From positions 337,558 through 392,052 of the forward strand of contig MU057654.1 of the NCBI GenBank assembly GCA_013265495.1: 54,495 nucleotides of DNA. Direction: 5' to 3'. The notes beneath the pieces were generated by a model. It ran no database searches. It saw only the letters and a program-made list of their open reading frames with translations, and had not been told where the DNA came from. This DNA comes from Vicugna vicugna (lineage: Eukaryota). Position numbers and translations under genes: made by a program. Below, one piece after another: positions 24,451 to 38,893 of this stretch. Each line of letters opens with the position of its first letter. The stretch's first letter is position 1.

Positions 24451-26394
24451 AAGCCTTTTTTCTTTTTCTCCTTTTAGGAGAGAAGTGATGGCGGAGGCTG
24501 GGGCCTAATGTTGATCTTACTCAGTTGTACTGTGACCACTGTTACCCATATGACATCAAACCCGTGGTCATTTAAAAAAGAATATCATTGCTGTGATAAC
24601 AAGGTGACCCTGGGTGAGGCTAGACCCAAGGTTGTTTGAACCCTTAATAAGGAGAATCTGAAAAGATGTCAATCTTAGAACAATAATGTTTTCTTCTGTG
24701 TGAAGTAGAGGTGGTATCTAAGCTCAAATACTGAAGATGGATGCATTAATGTCTCTTGGCTTGATCTCTGATATCAGGTTAATCCAACCAGCTTCCTTTG
24801 CTCTGATGAGCAGTGAAAAACATCTATCCCCTTCAGATGAAACTTATCCCCATGTAGAGACATGTAGTCTGGTCTTATGAAAGAGCTAAGAATCACACAA
24901 TAGGGAAATATTTCACTTTAAGGTCTAAACTTTTGTGTCTTAAGTCACATCACATGTGAAAAATCAACAGTCCAAGTGGTGCTGAGATTTAAAAAGGTAG
25001 TTCTATGGAAAGATCTAACTTAATAAAATTATAACAATAGGCACCAGGAATACAAACTATGTAGTGTTCTGTTATTCCTGAAGTGTGATTATTGAAACAT
25101 TCCTTAGACATTCTGAACTGTAGTTTTTACCTTTTACATTGTGTGTCCAGGGCATGGGTGAGGTTCAGGCAGTTCTCACAACCATGTTTGCACTGAATGG
25201 TCCTGCCTGCCTTGCTTTAATTTATTGGTATGGGTAAACAATTGGATCAATAAGTGATTGTGGTCTTTTAAAATTATTTTTAAAGACTATGAACTGATAA
25301 ATGTAAGTATTGAGAATACAGGGCTTTCATTTTTGTGATAGAGCACAAGGATAAAGTGGTACAAACTCGTGCTTTTAACATCCCTGAGATAGACTTGTTT
25401 TCATCCTTTATCAGGCTAGGTATTCAACTTTTCCATTACTTGTAAGATATATCACAACATCTTTCCTTAAATTCCCTTTTTGTGCTTAAGCAAAAGTCTA
25501 CAGAATAAGAGTAAGACCAGAAATGGGGTAGTAAGCAATAGGGTCTCAAGAAAACATGAAATATTTGGGTTGAAGTGGGCAAAATGCAAATAAGGATTCC
25601 TTCCAGAATCTGGGGTTGAAAACTAATAGCCTACAATTAACTGAGACTCCTTTCCTTCTGACAGTAGGTTCTAGGTGATAAGTTTGTTACCCCCAGAGAA
25701 CAGTTTCATGGAGAATAGTATTTGGGTGGGATCAGATAATTGTTTCCAAAGACACTTAGCTAATTCCAGTGAAAACAGTGAGTAGACTAAATTACGGAAT
25801 ACCTGATTCTGTGCAAAAGATAAAATACAGCAATTATTAAATTCTACTGCAAGAATCTCTTTCCATTTAAAGCAGTCAGACAGAGACAACTTGAAGAATG
25901 AGTTTAGAAATTGGTCTTTTCTATCCCTAAATTGTAATATCAGTTAAATGCACCACTTTACCAGATTGCTTTAGTGAAATGGGGAACACTGGTAACTTAA
26001 ATAAGTTATCGGGGAAACCCTTTCTGGGCCTTTTGAAAATGTTTCCCATTGTGTCCTGCTTATAAGGAAAATAAATAGCAATATCCTCACGCCTTCACTA
26101 AGACTCATACTTTGAAATACGAAAACACCTTAGGTCTGAAGGTGATATTGCATTATCAGAACAAAAGAGAAAACTTATAGATTTTGAGTGTGCCTAAAAA
26201 CATAAGTTTATACCAGTCCAAATTAATCACAGTTGAGACTCTCACTTAATCTTATTATAATTGATTAGCTCTAGACTTAAGCTAGATATGAATGACAAAA
26301 TTACAAGAGTGACCACTAAAATAATAGAGAATGTATAAAGTCCAATGCATTAAAGGGAAAATGCACTAAGAAGAATAATTTAATCCAAAAGAAG

Positions 26395-26827
26395 ATGTGG
26401 TATATTTATACAATGGAATACTACTCAGCCATAAAAACCGACAACATAACGCCATTTGCAGCAACATGGATGCTCCTGGAGAATGTCATTCTAAGTGAAG
26501 TAAGCCAGAAAGAGAAAGGAAAATACCATATGAGATCGCTCATATGTGGAATCTAAAGACTCATGGACAGAGAATACAGACTTGTGGTTACCAGGGGGGT
26601 AGAGGGTGGGAAGGGATAGACTGGGATTTCAAAATTGTAGAATAGATAAACAAGATTACACTGTATAGCACAGGGAAATATACACAAAATGTTATGATAA
26701 ATCACAGAGAAAAAAATGTGACAATGAGTGTGTATATGTCCATGAATGACTGAAAAATTGTGCTGAACACTGTAATTTGACACAACATTGTAAAATGATT
26801 ATAAATCAATAAAAAATGTTAAAAAAA
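26395..26827 (+). mobile_element. Young 5'-truncated L1 3' end with perfect flanking direct repeat
   Basis: AAGAATAATTTAATCCAAAAGAAG at 26371-26394 and 26828-26851; poly(A) tail; near-identical to 50-300. Confidence 0.92.
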
Positions 26828-29354
26828 AAGAATAATTTAATCCAAAAGAAGGTGATGAGAAAAGTGAGGCCTCAAAAAAAAAAGCAAGACAGAGAAAGCA
26901 CATAGTTCATACGTATGAGTAATCATAATACGTGAAAATAGGCTCAACTTAATAGCTAAAAGATTTTGTCAGATTTTTAAAAATACAGCTACATGATAAA
27001 AAATAAGCATGCAGAAACTTTGAAAGTAAAAGTTAGAAAAATATACCATGTATACACTAACCAAAAGGAAGTGACATAGCCAAATTAATATGAGACAAAA
27101 TAGGTTTTAAGACAGAAGGTATTATTAAAGATAAAAAATAGGTAAATGGTTAAACAAACTATGGTACATCATCCATACCATGGAATACTACTTGGCTATC
27201 AAAAGAAATGAACTATTGATACATACAACTTGAATGGAGCTCAAGGGCATTGTACTAAGAGGGGAAAAAAGCCAGTCTTAAAAAATCATACATACCTTGT
27301 GATTAAATTTGTATAACATTTTTGAAATGAAAAAAAAAATAGAGACAGAGAAGAGATCAGTGACTGCCAGGAGTTAAGGATGATGAGGTGGAGAGTGTAT
27401 GTGACTAGAAAGAGGTAACACAAAGGAGATCTTTGTAGCGATGGAATAATTCCGAATATTGGTTGCAATGGTGAGGTAAAATGGCATATAACACATTGTA
27501 CCAATGTCAATCTCCTAATTTTGATATGTAAGCTGTAACCATTGAGGGGAACTGTGTGACAGGTACAGAAGAATTCTCTGTATTATCCTCATAACTTCCT
27601 GTAAATCTATAATTATTTCAAAAATAATATTTTAATGATATGTTCAATTCACCAAAATAAATGACAATTCTAAATATATGGGCTTTTAATAAATTAACCT
27701 CAAAATATATAAAGAAAAAATAGAAATAAATCAACAATCACATGGGAGAATCCAGCATATTTTTCTAAAGTATTTAAAGGATATGGAGAACAAAATATAG
27801 TAAAGTTATAGAATAGTGAATAATGCAATCAACAAGCTGACATAATGAAAATATACAGAATCCTGCAACCAATAATAGGAGAATGCAGTTTCTTCTCAAG
27901 CATACATAGGACATTTAAAATAATTGATCATGTACTTGGCCATAAAGTAAGTCTCAACAAAGTTCTAAGAATCTATATCATAAAGTTCACCTTCTCAGAT
28001 CAAAATGCAATTAGAATAGAAATCAATAATAACAAGATAACATTTTAAAAAACCATGTGTTTGGAAATTTTAAAACATGTTTCTAAATAATCAATGAGTT
28101 AAAAAGGAAGCATAATGGAATTTTTTTAAATACTAAGAAGTTAATAATAATAAAATGACAAAGATCAGAATGTGTGGGATTCAGTAAAAACAATATTTCA
28201 AGGGAAATTTATGGCCTTAAATTTTTATGTTATATAATATGTCCAGAATAGATAAATCTATAAGGACAAAAAGTAGAATCATGGTTGATGAGGGCTGGAG
28301 AGACAGTGGAGGAGAGATAGAGTGACAGCTAAAGGGAACAGGATTTCTTTTAGGTGTGATAAAAATGCTTTAAAATCGATTGTGGTGATGGTTGCAGAAC
28401 CCTGTGAATATACTAAAAAATATTGAACTGTACACTTTAAATAAGTGAATTTATTATCTCTCAATAAAGTTGTTTTTTTAATCTTATGTTATACTAGAAA
28501 AATAAAGCTAAACATTTCATGAGCTAAGCACCCAAATTAAGAAGTTAGAAAAAGAATAACAGAATAAACCTAAAGGCAGAAGAATGAAAAAGAACAGAAA
28601 TAGATGAAATAGAAAGAAAAATACATTAGACAGTGTCAACGAAGCCAAAAGCTGGTCCTGTGAATAGTAAAATAAAAAAGCAAACCTTTGGTGAGACTAA
28701 TCAAGGGGAGAAAAGTGTAAATAAACAACATTAGCAATGAACAAGAGGACATAATAATGAGTAAGCAAAGATGTTATAAGATAAGAGAATATTATAATTA
28801 ACTTTATGATAATGAATTTGAAAATGTGGATCAAATGGATGAATATCTTGAAAAAACAGAACTTACCAAAACTGACTCAAAAACCCTATGGGGTTTTTGT
28901 ATAGCCACTGAGGAATTTAAATCAGTAGTTTAAAAGTCCCTCTGTAACCCAAAATAGGCCCAGATGGAATAGATCATTCCAATCTTATACAGACTACTCC
29001 AGAGAACAGAAAGAAGTAATACTATGCAATGCATTTTGTGAGACTAGTACTAACCTTTATTTCAAAGTCGGTATGGAAAGGGAAAATTATAGATGTCTCA
29101 CCTACAAACATAGATGTGAAAATTTTAAACAAATACTATCAAGTGGAATCCAGCAACATATAAAAATATTTTTCATAATGAATGTTGGAATGCAATACTG
29201 GTTTAACATGAAAAAAACTTCCAAAGTGTGACTGACACATTCTAACATTTATATGAAGCATTAAGACTCAAAAAGAACTATGTCAATTTTGAAAAATAAG
29301 GATAAAGAAAGAAGACCTATTCTACCAGATAGTAAGACATGCTACAAAATGATA

Positions 29355-29711
29355 TATATTAGTCAGGATAACAATAGGCTATGCTGCAGTAACAGATGAG
29401 CTCCAAAATCTCAGTGAAATAAACAAAACTTTATTTCTTGTTTATAGATAATTTAATGCAGATTGGGCAGCTCTCAGTCTTCCATGAAGTTACTCTTGCA
29501 TCTGTTGCCTCTTTGATCTTATGGCTCCTCCATCTCAAACGTGGTCTTTCATACAGGATTTTAAACTACTTTGGACCAGAAGTCATTCACATTACTTTTG
29601 CTTGTAGTACCTCATCCAGATCAAGTCACATGGCCCCAATATAAATGCAAGGTGGCAGAAAAGTAGAGGAGGACAAAGATCATTTGATGAGTACTAGCCA
29701 TCCCTGCCATA
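29355..29711 (-). mobile_element. MaLR LTR (MLT1-like)
   Basis: tattagtcaggat...ggctatgctgcagtaaca...aaaatctcagtg...tcacatggcccc...ccctgcca. Confidence 0.7.
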
Positions 29712-30389
29712 TTATAGTAATATAAGAAATATGTAAAAAAAAACAGTAAGAGATAATTAGATAAATGTAAAAGCTCAGAGACAGACTTAAGTAAATATAG
29801 AAACGTAACATACTATAAAATTGGCATAACAAATCAATGGAAAAAAGGATGGACTGTTCAGTTTCTGGTATTGGAAAGACTGGTTCACCATTTGGAGAAA
29901 AAATAAAACTGGACCCTGCCTAACACCACATATAAATCTGGACTCTGGAGGATAAAAGACCTAAATATGAAAATTACAATTATGAAGTTAATAGAAGACA
30001 TTATAGGAGAGTATCTTTGTGGTGTAGAATTGGATAACAATTTCTTAAACAAAACCTAGAAGTAGTTATCATAAGGCAAAAAGATGAATAGATTTGATTA
30101 CATAAAAATAAGAATTTCTATTCAATGAAGGACATCATGAACAAAGTTAATAGATGACAGAAAAAAGATATTTGCAATATGTTAAACTAACAAAGGATTA
30201 ATATCTAGCATATGCAAAGTACTCTTGCAAATCCAAAAGAAAAAGACAGGAACACATCGTGCTAAATTGGCAAAATATATGGAAAGTATACCTGGAGAAG
30301 AGGAAAACCAAAATGTTTAAAAATACATGAAGAGAAGTTAAAACTCATTATTAATCAGATAATTGCTAATTAAAATACAATTATAAATA

Positions 30390-30809
30390 CAGGCTTCCCC
30401 CGTTATCCAAAAGTAGAGTGTTCCTACAAAAACTTTCATAAACAGAAATGGCCTAAAGTGAAGAAATAATTACCTTAGGACACATCTTGCTAACAGATGC
30501 ACAAAATAAGTTGAGATAAAGCACAGATGCTCACAGACGCAGTTCAAATCTACAGTGGCTTGATGCTGAGTATAGTTCCGGGAAAAGGAGCTTGGCAGTG
30601 CCACTCTTGCTGCTCAGGGTGCAAGGTATCTCTATAATGGCTTGCTGCAAAACAAATCCTGAACTGCTATTTTCATTTTTCTCCATTTTTTGTAAAGGAA
30701 AAAAAGTCCTCTTCAGATCTCTTTCTGTTAGCAAAAACAGGTACTAATGTAAATCTTTCATAAAAGTGAAGTGGCATAAAATGAACTTTTGAAAAGCAGG
30801 GGATACCTG
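30390..30809. mobile_element. TcMar-Tigger non-autonomous DNA transposon with TIRs and TA TSD
   Basis: Left end CAGGCTTCCCCCGTTATCCAAAAGT and right end (reverse complement) CAGGTATCCCCTGCTTTTCAAAAGT; TA at 30388-30389 and 30810-30811. Confidence 0.85.
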
Positions 30810-31529
30810 TACATTTACACTTATTTGGCCAGGAATTCGAAAGCCAATTGTTATTGAGGATACAGGGATCTAGGAACTCTAACAGATACAAACAGCTAAT
30901 TAGATTTTAGATAGGAGGTGCTATTCCAAAAAGCACTCTGACAATATTTAATCAGGTTAATTATACATACATCCTATGGCCCAACAATTCCATTTATATG
31001 TTCTAAAACACTTCTCACATAGTTCCGTAAGGGGACATATATAAGGATATTCATCATGGTGTTTGAGGTAGTAGGGAGTTGGAAGCAGTCTAGATTCTAT
31101 TTTTAGGAAAACGAAGTAAATTAGAGTGGATGAACACTTTGGTACATCATGCAGCAGTTAGAAACTACAGACTAGATGTACCAAGGTAACATGTAACTTT
31201 TTTTAAAGTACTATTGCGTGAGAAAAAACAGAATGAGAACCACAGCACCACCACTATCTAAATTAAAAATCCATGCATACAAAATAATGTAGGTTCTAAG
31301 AGTACTCAAACAAGAATACACACATCAACTATGTTAGAACAGTTGCCTGTTGGGAGGAAGATGGAAGGGAGGAACAGAGATGGAAGGAAACAAAGTAGTA
31401 AATGAATGAATTTTTTTAAAAAGAGGAAAAGGCTTTTATTAGACCAATGCAGATGGTATATGAAGGAAGGAGTATGGATAGTATAATCCTCATCATCTGA
31501 GGTCCAAAAAAAGAAAGGAAAGAAGTCCA

Positions 31530-31880
31530 TCAATGTTGTAATAGCATAAAGGCTAAAATTGTTGTAGCAAAAGACTTTAAAATAATATGACTTTAAAAAC
31601 AAAAATTAATTAATTAATTCTCACTCACAGGACGGGTGTTCTGTTGCACATCCATTCAGCCGGTAGATGGGAAAAGAGAGAGCCCAGATCAAGCATGGAG
31701 ATGTTTTATGAGGGAAAATCTAGAAGTGACTTACATCACTTTTACCACAATCCATTGGCCCAGAATCAGTCTTATGGCTTCACTCAATCAAAAAGGACAC
31801 TTATCACTGTCATCTAGCTTGATACCCAGGAGAAAGCAGACAACATGAATATTAGGGAGCACTAACAGCCTCTGCCACAT
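31530..31880 (-). mobile_element. MaLR LTR (MLT1-like)
   Basis: tagaagtgacttacatcacttttaccacaatccattggcccagaatcagtcttatggc...acagcctctgccaca; similar to 29355-29711. Confidence 0.65.
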
Positions 31881-33409
31881 TAGGCAAGAGCTTTGTAGAA
31901 GGAATTGTAAAATGTTATTAAAAGACATTAATCATCCAGAATGCTGGTCTCAGTGGCTGCTTTTCCTGACTCTGGGTAACAGTTTTCAAATGTTTTCAGT
32001 CCCATTGATATCTTTCACAGGACTAGCCTGATCCTCAGGCCCCCTCCCTCCAGCTTCAATCCCCCAGGCAGTAATGTCTTCCATTTCCCCTGCAACCATA
32101 TCTATCCACCAAAATGCTGGGCATGCGAGGGTGGAGATTGGGGTTAGAGAGTGAGCAGGAGGTCAGTAATAGAGGCAGAGAGTAAACATGAGATTTGTAC
32201 TTACTTCCTCATATTTTCCAGTACTTTTGCAGCCTTTAAAAATAAGCATCAACATGCAATAATTTTTACCATCAGAATAGAAAAAGGCAATGGAATTATT
32301 TTCACTGAAAAGTTAACAAGGAATCAATTCAGGAAAAAATCTACCATAAAAAAAGTATTTCCAACTCAAGAGGGAGGCCTCATTTCATGCAAGTGCCTTA
32401 GTCCAATTAATTTTTATAATTGTTCTGTTTTTCTACATAAGAAATATTATAAGCATGCTTAAGGTATTTGATAAGCTTTTAGACTAAATTCTTCTAAACA
32501 ATGAGATTCAACTCTGGGCAAAGGCAAGAGCCTCAAGGCCAAGGCAGCTGAGAGTGCGTGGGTTACAAAGATGGTCTGATTCCCCCTGTCCTGTCAAGAT
32601 GAGTATAAGGCACTATCTCCCAACCCCTTCCCATATTCCATGACCTCTCCTTATTTGCATCTGACTCTATTGCTCACTTCAGAGTTATACATGAACAGGT
32701 GACCAAGGTGGTAACCTGAGTAAATGCCTTTGACCCCTTCCATCCTTCTTTCAAATTCCCAGAGATATCTCAGTCCCAGCATAGATAGGAGCACTGTTCC
32801 CACCAATAGAAACTAGAATGAGATCCCTCTCTCGTAGACCCCTGCAGTTGAGCATTTCCATGTAGCCTGGAGAAATTATTGCTGGGGTGAGAGCCCCCCA
32901 GATACTCTTGCTCTCTGCCTGTGTAGAAGCCTCCCTGGACCATGTCTGCTACCTCCCACCGAGCCTGAGAAGTGTAGTCTGGCAAGCCTCTCATCCCCAA
33001 ACTCCAGGGAACCCGGGAGGAACCTAGCCTTGCTGGAAGGTTGCTGCCTGCCAGTCCACCTCCTCCCTGGTGGCCCCTCAGCCAGGCTTAGGCCAGTATC
33101 CGAGGAATGCTCACCCACTAACCATACTGATACACCTAAACCAGATGTTCTCTGGCCAAGTCTATAAATACCTAAAATATATGTAAAATTATGTGTTAGG
33201 AGTAAAGGGAGGGTGTATGTGGATTCTTCAGGAAAGAGAGGCTATAATTACCAACACATTCTTAACAGGAAGTGTGACCTTCAAAGAATCACTGGCCCAG
33301 AAGATTTATGTTTATGTTTGTTCTAATTGGATAATTTTTGTTTTCTTTTAATAATGAAATTAATACAAGCATTGTAAAAATATTCAACCAATGCAAAAAT
33401 TATTTATTT

Positions 33410-33730
33410 AGCCATTTAATAAGTCTTTGTTGAGAGCCTATGCAAGGTACTGAGCATACAGTGGTGAGAAAAACAGGCTAAGTCTTTGCATTCATGAAGC
33501 TCACAGACTAGTGGGGGATATACATTAATCAAATAATCACACAAGTGTATGTATAATTATAACTCCATATAAGTACAAAGAAAGAATGGGATACATGTAT
33601 ATAAGAATATATAGCAGAAGATCAAGACACTTTGAGGGAGTAGAAAGGGGACAGGAAAAAATTTTCCCAAGGAAGTGAAATTTAAGCTAAAATAAAGAAA
33701 AATGTAGTTAACTAGGCAAAGAAGATAATA
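33410..33730 (-). mobile_element. L2 remnant
   Basis: atttaataagtctttgttgagagcctatgcaagg...ttcatgaagctcacagactagtgggg. Confidence 0.6.
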
Positions 33731-34949
33731 TAAGTGTCTTGTAATCTTACTGCTACAGAATGCCATGGCTAATACACTGTGGTATATCCTTTCAGCTGGT
33801 TTACTATCCATATACAAATAAGTATGTGTGTATATATATGTATGCACTTACATGTAACGTGAATAAATCTCAGTCCACAAACTCAAATGTATAAGACATC
33901 CAACTTTTATTTTCCATAGCAATACTCATAATTTCCATTTTGTCTTCTCATTCCATGGTGGTGACTGAAATAGTATCAGTTCAAGATCTACTGTTTTCTC
34001 CATGGTCATGTCTAAGTTCAAGGATGCTTATAGAGTGCCTTAGAGTTGTTGGAAGAAAGGAGTTCATGTGAGAATAATATTGTCCTACATAATTTACCAC
34101 TTTTATTTCCTCCTTGTGGCCTCTCCAAACATGATGGCTCTCTATTTGCTTCTGTGTCTTTTTTGAATGATCAAGTCCTTCTCTGTTGCTTACCTGCCAT
34201 TGCCATGCTGGGATACAGAAAGCTTGGTAAGACCCTATACTATCTGGCTGGAAAAAATATAAAACAGCCTTCCCCCCAGATGTCTCTTAAGAGGGATCAC
34301 ACAAGTCACCTACACAATCCAATCCAACAAAACTATCTGAGGAACTTCCAGTCAATAGCAGACTGAACTGACTCAAAACTGACCCCTTCTTCCACTTAAA
34401 ACTCACAGAAATGATAGAATATGTGCCCCCCTCTAAAAGTAATACAGTCAAGCTCATAATCATGAAATGGAAATCCCCAAGAAACAAAGAAGGAATTAAC
34501 AACAGTTAGCAGGAGATAAAGACAAATAGATGGATACTGGTTTTAAGGGCTGGAGAACAGGGTTTTAATCCCACATGGCAATAGGAGGCAATGCCTCTAG
34601 GTAGTGGAAGATGGGAAGCAGGTACTGAACTCCTGTCTAAATCCAGATCCCACAGAAGTACAATCAGTGCATGAAATGATGACTAGAAATTTTTTTCTCA
34701 CAGCAAAGATATACAACAAGAAAGCTTGTCTTTTGTGTGAGGTTATGGGTGGACAAAGAGACCCCTGGGAGCAATCAGAATTGATGCCAGCTCCACCCAT
34801 AGGTGTGGGATTGAATTCACAGTTCCTACATGTTAGAGAACTCAAAGGACATAAACTAACAGAAAAATTAATTTGGAACTGGTTAAACTTGTATGGCCCT
34901 AGCAGAGGTACACTCAAAAGCAAGGAAATAATTCAGACATTCAAATATA

Positions 34950-37900
34950 GATCTCAAAAAAATCACCCAGAATGCAGCAAAAAAAGATAAGGTGGTGCAA
35001 AATATGAATGAGAAGTTAGGAGACATGGCAGCAAGGATGAAAAGTATCAAAATATGATTGGAAGAAATTCCATAAAGAAAGACTAGAGAGGATAGGCAAA
35101 AGACAATATTTGAAAACAGTGTGGCATAGAATTTTTAACAACTGAAGCAAGACATGAATCCTCATATTGAACACACTGACTCTTGAGCAGGTTGAATACT
35201 AATAAAACCATAACTAGACACACCTTAGTGTAGAGCATCAACTATGCTTAGCATGATACTTTCATGTATTTGGGCTTTGGGAAATTGCAAATTCCTGAAG
35301 AAAGGAATGGGGAAAATAGAAAAGTAAGAAATATTCCAGGAAAGAAAAACAGTAATACAAGTTTATATCTAAAACATAGTATTGTATCATATATGCATAC
35401 ATGTAAATATGTATCTATTTATCATCTTCAGTGCAATATTAAATCTCTATTTTAAGAATACATAAACAATCTTCAAGGAAAGGTGAAAATGGCACTCTTT
35501 CCAGGATTCCAATGAAAGAGTACATGGAAATGTTAAATAGTTTTTGGTGACTGTCACCTATCCCTTACTAAATCACTGTATTTTTTTTCTTTCTGACTGT
35601 TCAGAAGTTTCCTTCGGAGACATAAGCAGGATGACCCACTGGGAAATGGTATCAGCTGTTGGTCAAGCATAGTCTCTACACTGTTTATTTGCTTGCACCC
35701 TGTTTTCTCTTTGACACTAAATTCTGGGCACCACTCTTTTAAGCTACAACTAAGGTAATTAACATACGATACAATACAATATAATAACGGTAGCTGGACT
35801 ACTGTGTTAACGAGATACATTACAAATCTGGAAGAGGTGGGGGAAACAGTGAGAAAACAAATGAATTATGGGTAAGAGTCTAAAGATACTTTCTTTAAAA
35901 CTTTACCACTTAGGTAGGCATTACTAGGTATGTCTAAGAAACCATGTTTGAAGAAAATGCACATATAGTGAAGAATAAATGCAGAATCATACAATTTATT
36001 TCAATCAAATCCCACTCCTGCCTCCAAGGTACATCTCCCAGAAGACCTTCCTTGGAGTTTTCTAGTCTCCAAATTTCTCCAGTCCCTCTTATTACTTCCA
36101 CAGATGACTATTCATATTCATTGTCTGTGCACTTCAAAACATATTATCTTCCACTGAAACAGAACTACCTAAGGAGTCATATATAATCTTTAGCAAAATG
36201 AGTAATAATAGCACTGAAAGGCAAACAATTAAAGCAGAAAAAATACTTTTGGGGATTGAAAAACATGATTTTCAAATATTAAAACTCAGATTAAATGAAA
36301 GAGGAAATACATTCCAAAAAGGAGAGAATTTATAGTCACATCCTCTTATCTTAATAAAATAAAATAAGAAATCAATAATAAAAGAACATTATTAAATGTA
36401 ACTGCCTGATAATATAGCACTGCTCTTCAGAATAACCCCTGGGTCAAAGAGGAGATTAAAAATAAAACTGCAAGCTATAAGGTAAGTAAAGAAAAGGAGA
36501 ATGCATCATATCAAAGTTTATGGGGCATGGCTAAAGCTGTACTCACAGAAAAACAGTCTAAATTACCTTTATTATTCAAGAATACCATAAATAAAAGAAA
36601 TAAGCACTCTTCTTGAAGAATTAGAAAATTACAACAGAACAAATCCAAAGATAGAAGAAATTAGTAAAGTTAAAAATAATAACCAGAAAAAAAATTGTAG
36701 AAATGTTAAATAAAAGGCTGGTTCTTTGAAACGACCAATAAATTAAACATACTCTCCATGAGTACAACTAAGTAATAACAGAAGAAAAGCAAAAGTATAT
36801 AAATTATAAATAATAAAGGGTTTAACTACATAAAAAGCTGTGATTAAAAGAGTTATAATTTTACATGTGAATCTATGACATCAAATTTAAAAATCTAAAC
36901 GTAATGGATGATTTCCCTGTAGAACAGAAGTTATCAGCATTAACCCAAGAAAGAGAAAATTCAAGTACACAAATTCTAGAGATAAGATTGGAAATGTGAT
37001 TGTAGATCTACCACTAAAAAAGAAACCAGAACAAAATGGCTCTGCAATTCAGTTCTATCTAACCATTTTTTTAAACGACATTATTTCAATATTACTGGGC
37101 CCCATTCTTAAAGGTATATATGTTTAAGAAAAAAGTAAATTGATCTATCTAACCTTCAAAAAAGAGATTATACCGATATTATTTAAACTCTACTAGAAAA
37201 GAGGAAAAAAACTGAAAATTAACTAATGAATTTTATAAAGCTAGCAAACCTAAGACCAAAACCTGTTAAAGACAGTACACCAGAGATAACTATAAACAGA
37301 TATTAATAATAAATATAAAAATCAAAATGAAATATTAGCAAACTACAAAACTTAAATATAACCCAGAAGTTTGGCAAGAAAAAGTTATACTATGTAGGAA
37401 TTAATCTACAAAGGCAAAAATAGTCAAAATCAGGAAGTCTATCAATATAATTCATTTAAACTAAAGGGGAAATATTAAAGGAGGAAAATTAAGTTTCTGT
37501 CAATAGATATTGAAAAGCCATTAGAAAAACATCAGCAGCTACTCCTAATGGATACCAACAAGAATAGAAGAGAATAACTTAAATACTGAAAATGCTTTTT
37601 ACCAGTACTCAACAGCAATCTTCATTCTAACCATGAAATGTCAAAGTCATTTCCACTAAAACCGGATCATTCATAATCTCCATTTTTATTCAATAATATT
37701 TTTGGTGATTAAAGTTATTGCAATAAGAAAGTGTAAAATTGGGGAAAGTTAAAACTAATTTCTATTTACAATCAATATGACTGTATTTGTCTAAAACACA
37801 AAGGACTATTTAAAAGTCACATAGTCAATAAGCAAAATAGAAGAGGTGGTGAGGCATAAGATAAACACAAAAAAATCAATAGCATTCCTCTATTCTAGGA
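34950..37900 (+). mobile_element. Highly degraded old L1 (ORF1/ORF2 remnants) with interruptions
   Basis: A-rich sense strand; aataacccctgggtcaaagaggagattaaaa, ttatggggcatggctaaagctgtactc, ggctggttctttgaaacgaccaataaaatt. Confidence 0.6.
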
Positions 37901-38868
37901 CGTTTTTAGAAAGTAGTGCACTTTAGAGACCATGTGCTAACATTATCTTATTTATTTTGCTTAAAAGGATATGTATTACTAGTGAAAGGAGTATCCTCTA
38001 TCAAACTCATCCATAGAATGTTTTCATCAATTGCTACTTCAGTCAACTGCCTCAGTGTCAATGTATCACTGATGTTTGTTTCAGGGTTTTTTTGATTATA
38101 TTATTTTCTCTTTTTGTATCTGAGTGTCTTTTATAAATTTAAATCTGTATATTTTCCAGTTTTTTGATAAGAATATTACTTTATCTTGTAATTGCCCACC
38201 AAAATGTTTTAACTCATAGTGCTCAATTCCTCTAGATCTGACAGTTCATTCCATGTTTCAAAAAGATTAGTTTCTTATCTTTGGTTCCAAGGCACATGTG
38301 ACAATGTATAATAACTCTCCTGCTTGGAAGACTAGGTTAGCTGGCAGATTTTCAAACTCTCAAATACACTGATTAGCTAGATCATTGTCATGTGTTCCAG
38401 AACAACATTAAGATTGCTTTGAGTGAAGTGTTGTCACACTCATGTAAGTCACCTGCTAAACTACCTTTTATAAATTGTGGCATTTTCATAGCCCAAAGTG
38501 CACTTTATTTATCCTTTTGATGTTTTATGTTTCTTCATAATAGATCCATACACAATGAGGTACTAGTATCACAACCCAATGCTATTCATCCCATCTTTAA
38601 TAAAAAGGTTCTCTGATATAGGACTTCACCAACAGTCCTCAAAGATACCTTACCAACATACCTCAGAGATAGCAAAAAAAGCAATACTGTTTCCATTTTA
38701 TACAGAAGAATAACATTTTTAAATAACCTATGAATAATAATGTATAAAAAGTTCTGCCAAAAAGTGGAGAAAAGGATGGCATATCCAATGTCTGGGGCTG
38801 GGAAAAAGAAGTAAAATTACATCTCTACTTCACACCACACAAAACATTGTATACCAGAAGGATTAAGC

Positions 38869-38893
38869 GCACACACACACACACACACACACA
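38869..38893. repeat. (CA)n microsatellite
   Basis: Directly visible. Confidence 0.9.

Larger units (their letters stand above)
26860..31330 (+). mobile_element. Nested old L1 (L1M/L1MB/L1MC/L1ME-type) ORF2 and 3' remnants
   Basis: ORF 27845-28048 (FFSSIHRTFKIIDHVLGHKVSLNK) is L1 endonuclease-like; L1 3' ends at ~27140-27620 and ~28230-28470; interrupted by LTR and Tigger insertions. Confidence 0.7.
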
